DNA of 64,000 nucleotides from Minutocellus sp. GHC0000111. Its lineage: Eukaryota. The stretch lies in the NCBI GenBank assembly GCA_977018835.1, contig OZ361260.1, positions 310,001 through 374,000 on the forward strand. Reading direction: 5' to 3'. Each line of letters begins with the position of its first letter. The first letter of the stretch is position 1. Below, piece after piece: positions 1 through 11,137 of this stretch. The notes under the pieces are model-generated. The model was not told where the DNA came from. It ran no database searches and saw nothing but the letters and a program-made list of their open reading frames with translations. The position numbers and the translations under genes were made by a program.

Positions 1-683
1 ACCTCTGCTGGTGAAGCACCCACGTTGGTAGATATGGAATTGTTAGGTGAAGGAATCCAGCTTTCCTGACTCTGCTGCGATACAGCAACTTCCTCCACAA
101 CCTCTTCTTCTTCTTCTTCTTCGATAACGACAAGGCTACTTTCGTCGTCATTGATCGTAAAGCTGGGTGTGTTGCTAACAGTTGAATCGAAGGAGGGCGA
201 AGGTGGGGCACTGTATTCAGCACTCATTTCCTAGTCGTTCGTTTTACTTTGTGTGTCGTTCTGCTTCGCACTGGCAACAGATCCAGTCGACGTGATTGTT
301 GTCGTTGTATCTTCGACGAGGGATGCCACCGTCGCCGCCGCCGCCGTATTTGTAGCATCATTGTCGCTGAGGACGCTGACAGGAGAAATGACTGGCTCCA
401 CTACCAGTTCGGTGTTCAGACCATCGGTAGCATTGCTGATGATTATACTGGTCGACTTTCGCTTTGGCACCTTGCTATTGTCTCCAAACTTACTCCTGCT
501 TGCATTCTTTTTGGTTTTGGCTTTGGTTTTGCTGAGAAGTCGCAATTTGCCAGACGACGATGTCGAAGACAAGGATCGAGCGCCACTCTTGCGCCTTACC
601 GGCAATTTGGCGAGGAGGGCTGATGGCAGCCGTGGTGCCGACGACGAAGAGGAGTGCCTCTTCGAGATACCGATCGATGGCAT
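1..683 (-). pseudogene. Ser/Lys-rich disordered protein, runs off window start; interrupted by in-frame TAG at 231-233
   Basis: ATG at 683 (MPSIGISKRH). After ...KTND-TAG the same frame stays open and coding-like to base 1 (EMSAEYSAPPSPSFDSTVSNTPSFTINDDESSLVVIEEEEEEVVEE...). Confidence 0.6.
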
Positions 684-1015
684 GGTTGCGAGGTGGCTTC
701 GTTCGACGGGATGGGAAATGTGCCATTTTTGGCCGGCGGAGGGTTTACGGAGATGGGGGGGGTGATAAAGAGAGGAGGTCCCCTCGTAAGAGTCAAAGTC
801 GCAAGGTAAAGCTAGAGATCTATCTATGGACGTACGGCGGGAGGACTCTTCAGAATGGGGCGCGCCCATGCGTTTGAGCCCATACCAAGCAAAAAAAGCA
901 AAGGAAGACAGGGAGACATAGAGGAAGAAGGTGAGAAGGTGATTGTATCAATCGCATCGCGGCCGGACAGCACCACACCATCGGCCCAACCAACAACCAG
1001 CGACCAGGCAGCAAA

Positions 1016-4000
1016 ATGGACCCAACATTCCGCACTCGAGGTCGCACCTTGGTCTCGCAGGTCACCGTCGGCTCCTTCGTTTCGGTGTACTGGCCTCTCG
1101 ACGACACGTATTATCAAGCTCGGGTCGTTGGAGCTTCCACCGCCACACCGTCAACTTCGTCTTCGTCAGAGGACAGCATATTCACTGTGGCATACACAGA
1201 TGGTTCGGTCGAGACGTTGAATCTGCGGCAAGAAAAGTTCCGTCTCTTGAGGGATGACACGGAATTCGTCAGAGAGCAGCAGGAGCGGGTATCGTCTCCG
1301 GATCGTACCCGCAAGGTTGCAGCAGCGTCTTCTACGTCCGCAACAATCGATGCCAAACACAACCAACCAACCCAACAGATTGGTTCTCGTTACGATGCCA
1401 ACGTTCCCAAGTTCAGCGCGTCGTCGTCGGAACTATCGGACGATGTGTATGTGCTCATACTCTCCTGCTTGACATCGTTGAAGGATTTATCTGCTCTCTC
1501 CCGAACGTGCCGTCGGACTTATTCCATATGGAGAAACGGCATGCACCGGGATCGTTTGCTTCATTCGCTGTTCCGAAGCCAATTCGGTTCCAATGCAAAT
1601 GCATGTACATTTGGTGGTGTTTTGGCCCCTGTTAATAATAATTGGCAGGGCATTTGGAGAACTATGGTCGATCTGAAACAGGCGCTGATGCTGCAGGAAT
1701 CACCATCCTTTGCCAATTTAGGATTTAACAAAAGGACCAAGGAGCAGATGTGTCAACTGCTTCGTACATTTACGGGTGCGGGAGACGGCAATGAGAGTGA
1801 CGGAAATGAGATCGAGGAAGATAAGAAACTTCCTGCGTCCACATCGGCTCGGACTGCCATTGGCATCAAGCGAAAGAGGAGCTTGGCAGACCGGCTCAAG
1901 CGCACTGTTGGAATATTATTAGACGTGGAAGAAGCGGAGGCAATATTTTATGACAATCCATCATTTGCGCCGGAATCAGAAGCTCGGTATTGCTTTGGCT
2001 ACTTCGGAATGACCTCCTTGAACATATCCATGCCGTCTCGCGCAGTAGCGAGCACAATGGCGAATGAAAGCAGCGGTCCTCCTGTGGTAGTGTGGGGCGA
2101 CTTTCCCGGCTGTCGAATATTTCACTCAGCCACAGATGTATTGTACGATCTGGATACTAGTCCTACCAGCAGCCGACGCGGCAAAAGAGGAGATGAACCT
2201 CTACAACGATTTGAGTCGATTGCAGATAGAGATGGCGAAGGGCTAGTGCTGAGCGCCCTTGTCTGTCCCTTTGCGGACGAGTTACAAACCATTGATGTGG
2301 AGGGCAATGCATTGCGTCCTGTCCTTTTCCTCGGGATGTCCAGCGGGATGGTCATTTCGATTGGGATTGGGGAGGGGTCCGATGGCAATCGCGCAACATA
2401 TGGTGTAATCAGCTCTGAAGAAGCGCACGAAAGTGAGGTTACCTCTCTTGTTGTGGTCAAAAATCTAGTAAAGATTGCATCTGTTGATAGCCCCGAGTCA
2501 TTCATGCTTGCAAGTGGAAGCGTAGACAAGAAGATCAAGGTGTATCCGTCAGCCTTTTTGACAGAATCGACTTATTCTCTGGGACAAAATATTACTATCT
2601 GCTCGTCGGAGTCTCTTATGTTTTGTCTTGCTGCAACCACCGTCCAACAAGGTCTGCAGGTAAACAGTGCTTTGATTAGTGCGGGAGACGAGAAAGGATT
2701 CATTTCTTTCTACGCGTCTGAGTTAGATGAAACCAAGGATCATGGGATTTCTTTCTACTCGGCTGGGAAGAGCAAATTCTCTCAACGAGACCAGATCAAA
2801 CCAACGCGCATGAAGTTTCTTGATCGTGATATTCTTTTGACTGGTAGCACACTTGGGGATGTTAAAATTATGCAGCTTCGCGTGAGGCAGGACTTGAATC
2901 GGTCGCAGGTGTCCGTTGTTACCCTCCATCGTATGTCGTCAGCGCATGTCGGGACGATTGAGCAGATGGAACGTTTCGGCGATGTCCTTATAACCTCAGG
3001 CGGCTTCGATGGACAAATGAAGGGCTGGAATTTTCGGACAGGCCGCCTTCTTGGCAATGTCCTCTGCCATCCTGGGCGCCACTCCGCGCCCGAAACAGCT
3101 TCAGTGCAGCCGAATCGTCCAATATTTAGTAGTGTTGTCGGTTCGGTCTTGTTTGATGACATCACCGATGGCAAAAGCCTTCTCTGCCTGTGTCGTGACG
3201 GCACGCTCTTTAGCTGGAAATTTACGCAAAATTTACAGAAATACGAGGCAAGCCGGACAGATACTTCGAATGATGCTGACAGCAATGATTGGTTGGCATC
3301 CCTTCTTCGTCCAGTTGCCAAATCTGCCAAGACAGCGGGAATCAAGAGGCAGCGAAAGATTCACACTCTGGCCGACCTAAAGCATGTCATGACCAAAACT
3401 GGTCGAGCTAGCCAGGCTCTTCAGCAACGGATGCGTCTAGCGATATTCAAATCTGCCGTTACTGTAGCGCTACAAACGGATCACAAAGACACTCCCTTTC
3501 TTGGGGCAGATGGCAAAGTTTACGAAAGCACCAAAAAAGCCTTTTCCAAATATTCTGGTCTCCAGGCTTGTGCATCATGTCGGTCGAGATCACAAGGAGT
3601 ACGTCGTTGGGGATATACCTTGTTTGCATGGTAAAAAGTTGGTATCAATTTTACTGATTCTCCCCCTCTCATGCTCACTCACCTTTTGTTCGTATGTATA
3701 TGACTTTTGCGATGTCTATTCACCCACCAACAGGCATTTATTTGTCGCCTTATAAGGGCTCATGAACTTCCTGCTACGTCTCTGGCTGAAGTTAAAGCAC
3801 TCCTTAAGCTGGAGAAAGACGAACAAAGGAGGAAGCCAACGCAAGATGTGGCCTCATCGCTCTCTGTTTTGGAGTCCATCGAAAGACCAAAGTCTCCACA
3901 AAAATCTGCTGTGGAAGCAGATCAAGAAGAGATCGAAGAAGAGTGGCAGTGTCATCGTTGCAAGACGATCAATGATATTGATGATAAGAAATGCACATCG

Positions 4001-4063
4001 TGCTGGGCAAGTAAAACAGCCTTTGTGTTTTCAGCATCGCCGAGGAGAAGGAGAAATCTCTGA
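1016..4063 (+). CDS. Tudor-like + F-box + WD40 protein with C-terminal zinc fingers (C-x2-C...C...H and RanBP2-type); exons 1016-3598, 3734-4063
   Basis: Tudor-like VSVYWPLDDTYYQARV..YTDG; F-box LSDDVYVLILSCL..LSALSRTCRR; WD-like HESEVTSL..LASGSVDKKIKVY and LITSGGFDGQMKGWN. Intron GTACGT..CAACAG joins CASCRSRSQG/AFICRLIRAH; RanBP2-type WQCHRCKTIN..KKCTSC. Confidence 0.8.
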
Positions 4064-4167
4064 ACATATAGCTTCTTTGCAAAATGTGAGCTACTGGTAC
4101 TCTCTAGAGTAGCTAGTAGTCTGCATAGGATTTTTAGTTTTAAGCAGTATCTTATAGCGCCACCTCC

Positions 4168-6609
4168 TCAGTACCTTTTTCTCCCTTCTTGTAAGTTTTC
4201 GAGAGGCTCCCATCCGTCCTTCCCGAGGCCGCCCCGGTTCTCCTTTTCCAATCTTTTGGAAATTGTTTTACTGGTATCAATCATAACGGGGACGGCAACG
4301 AGGGTCTTTTCGGCAACAAAGAAGATCACATCAAGAGTCCGGAGAAGGAGTTTCAGTATAATAGGAGGTTCTCTATCTCCGTCGTCGAGTTCTCTAGACA
4401 TTTCATCCTCCGACACTGATGTAGCAGCTTTTACATCAAAGTAACCATCGTCGAATTCTTCGTCGTCCATCAATATTTCCACTTGGTCTGCTCCGATGAC
4501 TCTGATGGAATCAGTATCGTCAACTAAAACTGCTTCAGCCTCCTGGCTGTCGCCGTCGTAAGAATAGGCAGGATCACCGAAGTTGTCGACAAATCTATCT
4601 GCAAAGAAAGGGCTTGATGGGTCAGACACAACCTCCGCATCGACCACAGCATCGGTGAACTTTGTACCGGAATCGGCGTAGTCCATCGGTGGTGCATCAG
4701 CCGCTTGGGATGCGGCTTGTGCCCTGGCCCTCTCTTCAGCCTCCGGTGCGGCAGCAGCCGCCCGTGCTCGTTCTTCCGCCTCCAGCGCCGCTGCGGCCGC
4801 CGCGGCCTCTTGTTGGGCCTTGGCAATCTCATAATCACTTTCCATTTGATCCAAACCAATCATCAGTGAACCCTCATCTCCGCTCGACAGTCCCAGCAGT
4901 TCGGCCTTTAATCGTTCTGCGGACTCATAATCGGAGGCAACAGCGGCAAGAGATGTAAGTGTATCGACATTGGCATTCATTTGGCGTAATTCTTCGAATA
5001 TATCCTCCACTTCTAGCTCGTCATCGATTGTTCCTTCATCGACCTCCAAATCATCTCTGACGCAAATCATTGTTGTAATTACATCTTCCAGTGCCTTCTC
5101 ATTCAGGGTGCGATTCTCGAAGTTAAATTCTTCTGCGAAGGCGGGTATGAGCCACGTCCTCTCGGGAGCCTCAAGGCAGAGCCTCAGCGCAGCTGCGAAG
5201 CGTGCTTTTTCTTCAAGCAAATCTTCTCGTGTCAGGACGGGCATTACAACGGCCGCTTCTTTGAGCTCAGCACGGGCTGGCTCATTGCGGTTGCCACTCA
5301 AGCCACCAAACAGTCTCTGTCCAATGCCCAATGGAAGCTGTCCCCAGCCTTCGCCAGTGATACCTGCCTCCAACATGGCAGCAGCAGCTTTCCCTTCGAT
5401 GGCCTTGACCGCCTTCTCGCTCCGATAGCCCGCCCTATTGCCCTCAGCTGCCATCTCCTTTTTGATTTCCGCAGCGGCATCTGTTACTGATTCAACTCCC
5501 CGGCGGAATTTCTTGTCAATACCCTCCTTCTCTCTAGCCAGAACGGTCTCCTTCCGTCTTTGATACGCTCTGCGCTGCCTCTCCGCTGCTTTGCTTCCTG
5601 TACCCGCAGGTGCGACCGAACGCAACCCACGTCGAGGAGATGTATCAACACCATCACCGTCCACTCCCTTGCCCGACAAAATATCCCGAATGGATTCCGT
5701 CACCGATCTGATCTCATCACCGACCGTATTGAGCTCATCTCGCACATTGGTTTCCACCCCCTCTCCATACTTGGACGGGGGCAGGATGAAGTTCTCCTCG
5801 GGAATGTATTCAGCGTAACTACTGTTGGCTGCCAACTGCCTCGCTGCATTGCGCATGGCCCTGCCGACGGCGGCACCTGTCCGACCGGTCTCGGGCAGGG
5901 CACGGGCGACGTCGCGCTTGGCCCGCTCCCACGCAAACAGACCGAGGGACGCAAAGAGCTTGGAATCTCGCTCGATTCGATTCTCGATCAATATTTTGGC
6001 CGAATCCAGCACCTCTTCGGTCTTTGCGCGGATGGACCCCCACCACTCGCTGTTGGTAATGTCGTTGAGGACCTTGGACGCGTACTTGTACTCTCCGATC
6101 CGGCCCTTCTTCTTTTGGGCCTCGGTGGTAGAAGACGACGACGGCGGCCGTTCCACCGGCTTGGTCCCTCGTTCCAGCAGATCCTTCACGGCATCCTCTG
6201 TCCTCAAGTCGAGTTTCTCCTCTTGTAATATCGCTCGAAGGACTCTCGCATCGACGTCGCTGAGGGACTCCTCATCCCCGCTGGCTGCAGTAGAACCACC
6301 AGCACTGGTGTCGGTGGTATCCTCGCTGGTCGAGTACAGAGCCAATGTTGATGATGGCCGCATGCATAATGTTCCTTGGCATTTTATGGTCGAATGAGGT
6401 TGAACCAGGTAGGTCGCCGCCGGCGAGCGGCCAGCAGAAGCAGAGAAGGCGATTGCCGTGGGCAATGCCAACGTCGCAATAACTACGCGCAGTACCGTCG
6501 CACCATCGAGTATTTGTACTCGTTCTGGCCTTCTTCGCACTCTGGTGCCGGCATCGGTAGTATCGGTCGTTGCTGTCGTCATCAGCAGCACTTCCATTTG
6601 TGTCGTCAT
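4168..6609 (-). CDS. Conserved-looking hypothetical protein, probably plastid-targeted, coiled-coil/acidic; true 5' end uncertain
   Basis: 813-aa ORF; hydrophobic stretch ending TAIA-FSAS followed by a Ser/Thr-rich transit-like segment. Confidence 0.7.
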   Translation of the reverse strand: MTTQMEVLLMTTATTDTTDAGTRVRRRPERVQILDGATVLRVVIATLALPTAIAFSASAGRSPAATYLVQPHSTIKCQGTLCMRPSSTLALYSTSEDTTDTSAGGSTAASGDEESLSDVDARVLRAILQEEKLDLRTEDAVKDLLERGTKPVERPPSSSSTTEAQKKKGRIGEYKYASKVLNDITNSEWWGSIRAKTEEVLDSAKILIENRIERDSKLFASLGLFAWERAKRDVARALPETGRTGAAVGRAMRNAARQLAANSSYAEYIPEENFILPPSKYGEGVETNVRDELNTVGDEIRSVTESIRDILSGKGVDGDGVDTSPRRGLRSVAPAGTGSKAAERQRRAYQRRKETVLAREKEGIDKKFRRGVESVTDAAAEIKKEMAAEGNRAGYRSEKAVKAIEGKAAAAMLEAGITGEGWGQLPLGIGQRLFGGLSGNRNEPARAELKEAAVVMPVLTREDLLEEKARFAAALRLCLEAPERTWLIPAFAEEFNFENRTLNEKALEDVITTMICVRDDLEVDEGTIDDELEVEDIFEELRQMNANVDTLTSLAAVASDYESAERLKAELLGLSSGDEGSLMIGLDQMESDYEIAKAQQEAAAAAAALEAEERARAAAAAPEAEERARAQAASQAADAPPMDYADSGTKFTDAVVDAEVVSDPSSPFFADRFVDNFGDPAYSYDGDSQEAEAVLVDDTDSIRVIGADQVEILMDDEEFDDGYFDVKAATSVSEDEMSRELDDGDREPPIILKLLLRTLDVIFFVAEKTLVAVPVMIDTSKTISKRLEKENRGGLGKDGWEPLENLQEGRKRY

Positions 6610-7391
6610 CGCTCGAAGCTTTTTTTGCCAGATATTACTGAAGGAGAATAGAGAAGCATTCAGCTGCCACTGGATGAATCTCTCCTCGCTCGTTCGCTCG
6701 AGTCTTATATGAGTTGGACTTGGGAAGCCAAGGGCTTTTGATGGAAAGGCAGGACCTACGAGTACGGACGTGTTGCTTGGCCGTTTGCGATCATCTTGCG
6801 GCTTGAGCTTGCTTGATTCAGTCAGCTCACTCCGGGTTCTGATATGTGGAATAAGGGGGAGGGGGTTACCCAGAAAAATATCTTTGTCATTCTGCTCGCT
6901 TGGCTATCACAAAAATAAGGACCAATGGTGCGTATTGGCGGGGTGGTTTGTCGGCATGGCAACGCTTCTGAAGGCACACCCTTTGGTTGTACGCAGCGTT
7001 GTTTCGCTTTCGGCGGGCACAGGAGAAAAGAAGTTCGAGGCTCGACCGACAGCGCCGTCTCGGGGTCGGTTGGTCATCGGCTTTGCTTGTACACGACCAA
7101 CGGATTTCGCTGGAGGTGGAGCGGCAGGAAGGGGGAGGGGGGGTCGTTGGTCTGCTGCGTTGTTCTGATGATCATGGCTCTCACTCAAACTTTTTCTCCA
7201 TCTGTATCGCATATTTCTACTCTCTTTCGATGCACGTTGCCTTGTGCTTTTGATCCGCGGCGGTTGGTTCTCAATATCACAATGCATCGCATAATTTTCA
7301 TGGCTTGCAATGAAACTGCTATCGAATTCATCGAACTCGTTGCCTGGCCATTGGAACGAATGGGTTTCGACTGACAAATGAATAATTGCAT
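6500..7391 (-). pseudogene. Decayed disordered-protein gene (several frames, TGA-TAG) running into the 5' end of the 4168-6609 gene
   Basis: ORF 6907-7377 is coding-like. The same frame reopens after TGA TAG (PSEQNDKDIFLGNPLPLIPH...), and another frame reads SPSVISGKKASSDDDTNGSAADDDSNDRYYR across 6650-6550. Confidence 0.4.
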
Positions 7392-7476
7392 ATGGCGATG
7401 GTTATCCTCGTGGAATGGGTTGGGTTTGGTTGGGTTTTCGTTTGCTCTTGAATCCGAATGGGAACATAACGAACAG

Positions 7477-7680
7477 GCGGACGACGAAGAACCGGTCGAT
7501 CATCTCCCCCAGCTCCGCAAGGACTGCGTCAAGTCCTGCCCAGGACCCAAGGCTGACTACGATGCCTGCGTGAAGCGCATCGAGAAGTCCGGAACTGGCG
7601 ACTGCGAGGCATGGTACTTTGATTTGATCCACTGCGTTGACAAGTGCGTTGCTCCCAAGGTCTTTAAGCCGTTGAAATAA
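7477..7680 (+). CDS. QCR6: Cytochrome b-c1 complex hinge protein (subunit 6); main exon only, start exon not located
   Basis: ADDEEPVDHLPQLRKDC..C..YDACVKRI..DCEAWYFDLIHCVDKCVAPKVFKPLK is the UCR_hinge pattern; preceded by acceptor GAACAG ending at 7476. Confidence 0.9.
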   Translation, partial: ADDEEPVDHLPQLRKDCVKSCPGPKADYDACVKRIEKSGTGDCEAWYFDLIHCVDKCVAPKVFKPLK

Positions 7681-8016
7681 GGAAAGCGATGATATTGATT
7701 GATGATGGGTCACCTTTTGTAATCGGAATGGATGCTTTTCACGCATTGAGATCGATTGGTTTCGGTTCGAAGCTACAGATAGCTGCTACCTGAATAAATG
7801 ATTGCATGCATTGGACATCCCTCTCGATCAGTTACTAAAATTTAGTAAATCGATTTTTCTTCACTTCGTTGTGAAAAAACTCTAGGTGGCAGTGCTAACA
7901 GATTTTCTTTAACTAGACTCTAATTACCTGTTGCTGTCGTACACCTTGCTAGCCTAGAGCTAGGTAGAGGTTACGCAGCGCATAAAGTATGCCTGCCTCT
8001 AAGCGGTTCCTACATA

Positions 8017-9387
8017 TCATATTCTAATGTTGGTTAGAAAGCCGTGCATCTCGTTGGGTTGAAAGTCTCTCACCAGCCGATGGATTGTCGGCGCCGTGAA
8101 CTGCACATTATTGTTGCTGTTGGTACTATTACGCCTGCTGTTGGTGCCGTTGAAGCTGGAATTGCGGCGATTGGAACCCTCCCCACCGTCGGCAGGGTGG
8201 GCGCCCTCGTGTTCTCGGATGGGCCCTAGGAAGCCACTGGAATATCTACCCCGGCGAAGAATGGACCCGGCAGAGGGGCGAAGGGCGCTACTGGAAGCTA
8301 CACGTGGTGTGCATGATGACGACGACGAAAATCTGAGAGCCGAAGAAGATGATGGACGGTGGAGACCAAGCATGCCACAGCTACTAGATCTAGTTGAGGT
8401 AACTACTTGTTGTTGTTGCTGGTGGTGGTGGCGGTGGTGTTGCTGCTGTTGCTGAAGCATACTACATGTAGGCCTACCATAACCGGTCGGACGAGGACCA
8501 CAGGGATCGTTCGTGTTGGTCTGACGACCTACAACGACCGTCGAGGTGGCAATCGAAATCAAGAGATTTTGGTATTCTGGATCATCCTGCCGAAGGAAGA
8601 TATTTTCAGCGGTAGGCTTACCGGCATTGCTATTGCGGGTACTTGAAGTAGTAGCTGGGGCTAAGACTTCACTGTTACCAGTGTTGCCTGCAGGGTTGCC
8701 TGCAGGGTTGCCTGTTGCGATGCTGGGTCTGCTATTATTATCACCAGGGGCAGGTTGGAGGTGGTCGAAACGAGAATTTCCACCCATTATGCTCATCCCG
8801 CTGGCTACGCTGGTGGCCGTGGTAGAAAGCGACGAGAAGGACGGAGCATTGGCCAGGTAGTCAAAGTCGTCCAGCCGGGACGTCATCCCTGCCCGGCGAT
8901 AGTATGAATTGGTCCTGGGAATCTGGCGACGGACGCCTTCGTATGATTCTCGCTGCTGCAGTTCTTGCTGCAGTTGCTGCTGCTGTTCAGGGAGACCAAG
9001 CGGGGCGGTGTACTCCTCGCCAACACCAGCTTGATAAGGGGGGAGGTCACACTCGTTCTCGGCACTTGTGGTGGTAGATGATGTAGTCTGCCCAGCAGTA
9101 GCCGTATTGGATGTTGCGTTTGCTGCTGGCGATGCCGATGATGCAGATGCAGGCGTGGGCATTTGTGCGACGATGGTAGAGCCGTTGGTTGCGAGGGAAG
9201 AGAATGACGGACCAGTGGAAAGATAGTGACCGGTATCGCCAGAGCCCCGAGGGAAGGTATTGTTTTGGGAGGGAGATGTCACGGCGGAGGAGGAGGATGT
9301 CTCCTCCTGGGGTACTCGAAGGGGGAGGATTCCATCCTCTTCCGGCTGTCGCTGCTGCCGCTGCCACGGGACGTTAGCGTCGCTCAT
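8017..9387 (-). CDS. Disordered Ser/Gln-rich protein, paralog of 11138-13150, with SILK-like and RVxF-like motifs
   Basis: ATG at 9387 (MSDANVPWQ); six conserved blocks shared with the neighbouring paralog. Confidence 0.75.
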   Translation of the reverse strand: MSDANVPWQRQQRQPEEDGILPLRVPQEETSSSSAVTSPSQNNTFPRGSGDTGHYLSTGPSFSSLATNGSTIVAQMPTPASASSASPAANATSNTATAGQTTSSTTTSAENECDLPPYQAGVGEEYTAPLGLPEQQQQLQQELQQRESYEGVRRQIPRTNSYYRRAGMTSRLDDFDYLANAPSFSSLSTTATSVASGMSIMGGNSRFDHLQPAPGDNNSRPSIATGNPAGNPAGNTGNSEVLAPATTSSTRNSNAGKPTAENIFLRQDDPEYQNLLISIATSTVVVGRQTNTNDPCGPRPTGYGRPTCSMLQQQQQHHRHHHQQQQQVVTSTRSSSCGMLGLHRPSSSSALRFSSSSSCTPRVASSSALRPSAGSILRRGRYSSGFLGPIREHEGAHPADGGEGSNRRNSSFNGTNSRRNSTNSNNNVQFTAPTIHRLVRDFQPNEMHGFLTNIRI

Positions 9388-9983
9388 TATTGTGTGTGTG
9401 GCGTGCGATGGTGACTGTGTGAGCGTAGGTTTAGAGCAGCGGATATACAATTATGTGCAAGTTTCCGTCCGATTTGGGATTGGAGTGGTGGGCCTTTGGG
9501 TGGATACACCGTCGAGCGTCGAGCGTCCCCGCCCCGGCGTCCCGCCCGCCCCGCATGCACATTGAATTTTGTGTATTGAACCCCTTCACACCATTTAATT
9601 TGGCCGCTTGCCACGTGGCAGAAAGCTGCCAAAACGCACCTTTTTGTCACCCAAGCGAAATCTTGTCCCGCTCTCGCATGAGACGTTTATGATCATGACG
9701 CATTCAAAGACAACTTGACTTTCGACTTCGGTGGACACGCGGAAAGCAGCTGCCCCGCGGAAAGGGCTGTACTGCCCAGTACTTTGAGGACGCCGCACAG
9801 GAGCGAGAGCCGAGCACGGGCTTCTTCATTCGGCGGAGGCGGACATTACATGTAGGAATTCCAAGTATTGATACACAACTGCTCCTCTTCACTTCAAGAC
9901 TCGTCGAATCTATCTGGTCCCTCGCTCTCTATCCACTCAAGCTAATTAAGTTACGGAGCCGACCAGGTCTTTCTCTATTGCAC

Positions 9984-10931
9984 ATGTGTCGGCCGACCAG
10001 AGCGGCATCTGCAAATGCCAACAGCAGTGGCAACAACAATGCTCAGAATATGGCCCCAAGCCCTAGCCCCCCTGCCGCCGCCCCAGGACTGCGACGAAGC
10101 CGACCGTCTGCCTCCTCTCTGGTCGTCTTGGCCTCCCCGCCTCCAGTTCTGCCCAACGATCTGACTTCCACCGCAGTCATCCTCCCGGACAACAGCACCG
10201 CCGTGTCGTTCGCGATCGAGGTTCAATTCCGCACCGTCCCAGGTCGATGGCAGCTGTCCGAGGAGGATATGCGCGACATCTGGTACATCGATGAGGATAC
10301 TGCTCCCGAGCATGTCTTCCGGAACGAATCTCGCGACACCATCAAGATCATCCGCCGGAATCGGGGCAGCGTTGACGCCCTCGATCCCACCAAGCACACG
10401 GTCCGGGGCATCGAACATCTGCTGACCCTCGAGGCGCTGACCCAGCTGGCCCAAGAGAAGACCGCGTCCGTCCGGAGCGTCCTCGACGCCGTCGGGTCCA
10501 CCATTGCCGCCCCCTTCTCTGACGAGCTCCGAAGGATATCCATGGAAGCGACCAGAGGGGCCACCGAGCGTGCCCGCCAGCGAGGACTGCAGGATGAGGC
10601 CGATGCGCATGCCATCTTCCACCCGCCTCTCCGGAATCACCCGTCCGGTACGATTACTACTACTAGTACGGATAGTGGCAGATCAGATGGCATCATTCAG
10701 GATGCCTTGACTGCAGCTGCAGCTGCAGCTATCCCCGCCACCTCGACAATGACAATGGCGTTGCCATCTGCGAGCTCTCCCTTGCAAGCAGCAGCGGCAG
10801 CAGCTGTCCAGGTCCCACAAGAAGGTGTCGCGAGTACTGGTACCTCTCGTTCAGACACAGTATGCAGTGTCAGTCCTGGCTCGGATGGGGGCTTGATGAC
10901 GGAGAATTGTCCAGTGATGGCTAGTCTTTAG
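9984..10931 (+). CDS. Hypothetical protein of the diatom-type VxF...WY...RG[IL]E family
   Basis: TAVSFAIEVQFRTVP..LSEEDMRDIWY..HTVRGIEHL; GC3-rich coding bias. Confidence 0.7.
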   Translation: MCRPTRAASANANSSGNNNAQNMAPSPSPPAAAPGLRRSRPSASSLVVLASPPPVLPNDLTSTAVILPDNSTAVSFAIEVQFRTVPGRWQLSEEDMRDIWYIDEDTAPEHVFRNESRDTIKIIRRNRGSVDALDPTKHTVRGIEHLLTLEALTQLAQEKTASVRSVLDAVGSTIAAPFSDELRRISMEATRGATERARQRGLQDEADAHAIFHPPLRNHPSGTITTTSTDSGRSDGIIQDALTAAAAAAIPATSTMTMALPSASSPLQAAAAAAVQVPQEGVASTGTSRSDTVCSVSPGSDGGLMTENCPVMASL

Positions 10932-11137
10932 TTTCGAAGTACATGTAGACCATGTCCTGCTGGGAGGTTGCACTATCTTACTAACTTAAATAATGGCAAA
11001 GTAGTTCGCGACTTACGAACTCGTTAATGTGAAAAGCATTGCATGAATGTACTAGATCTATTCTAGCTACGTAGCTAGGCCTGCATGTAGGAACCTACAC
11101 GTAGGTCGTATGTGTTGACAACTAATCGGGGCGGCTC

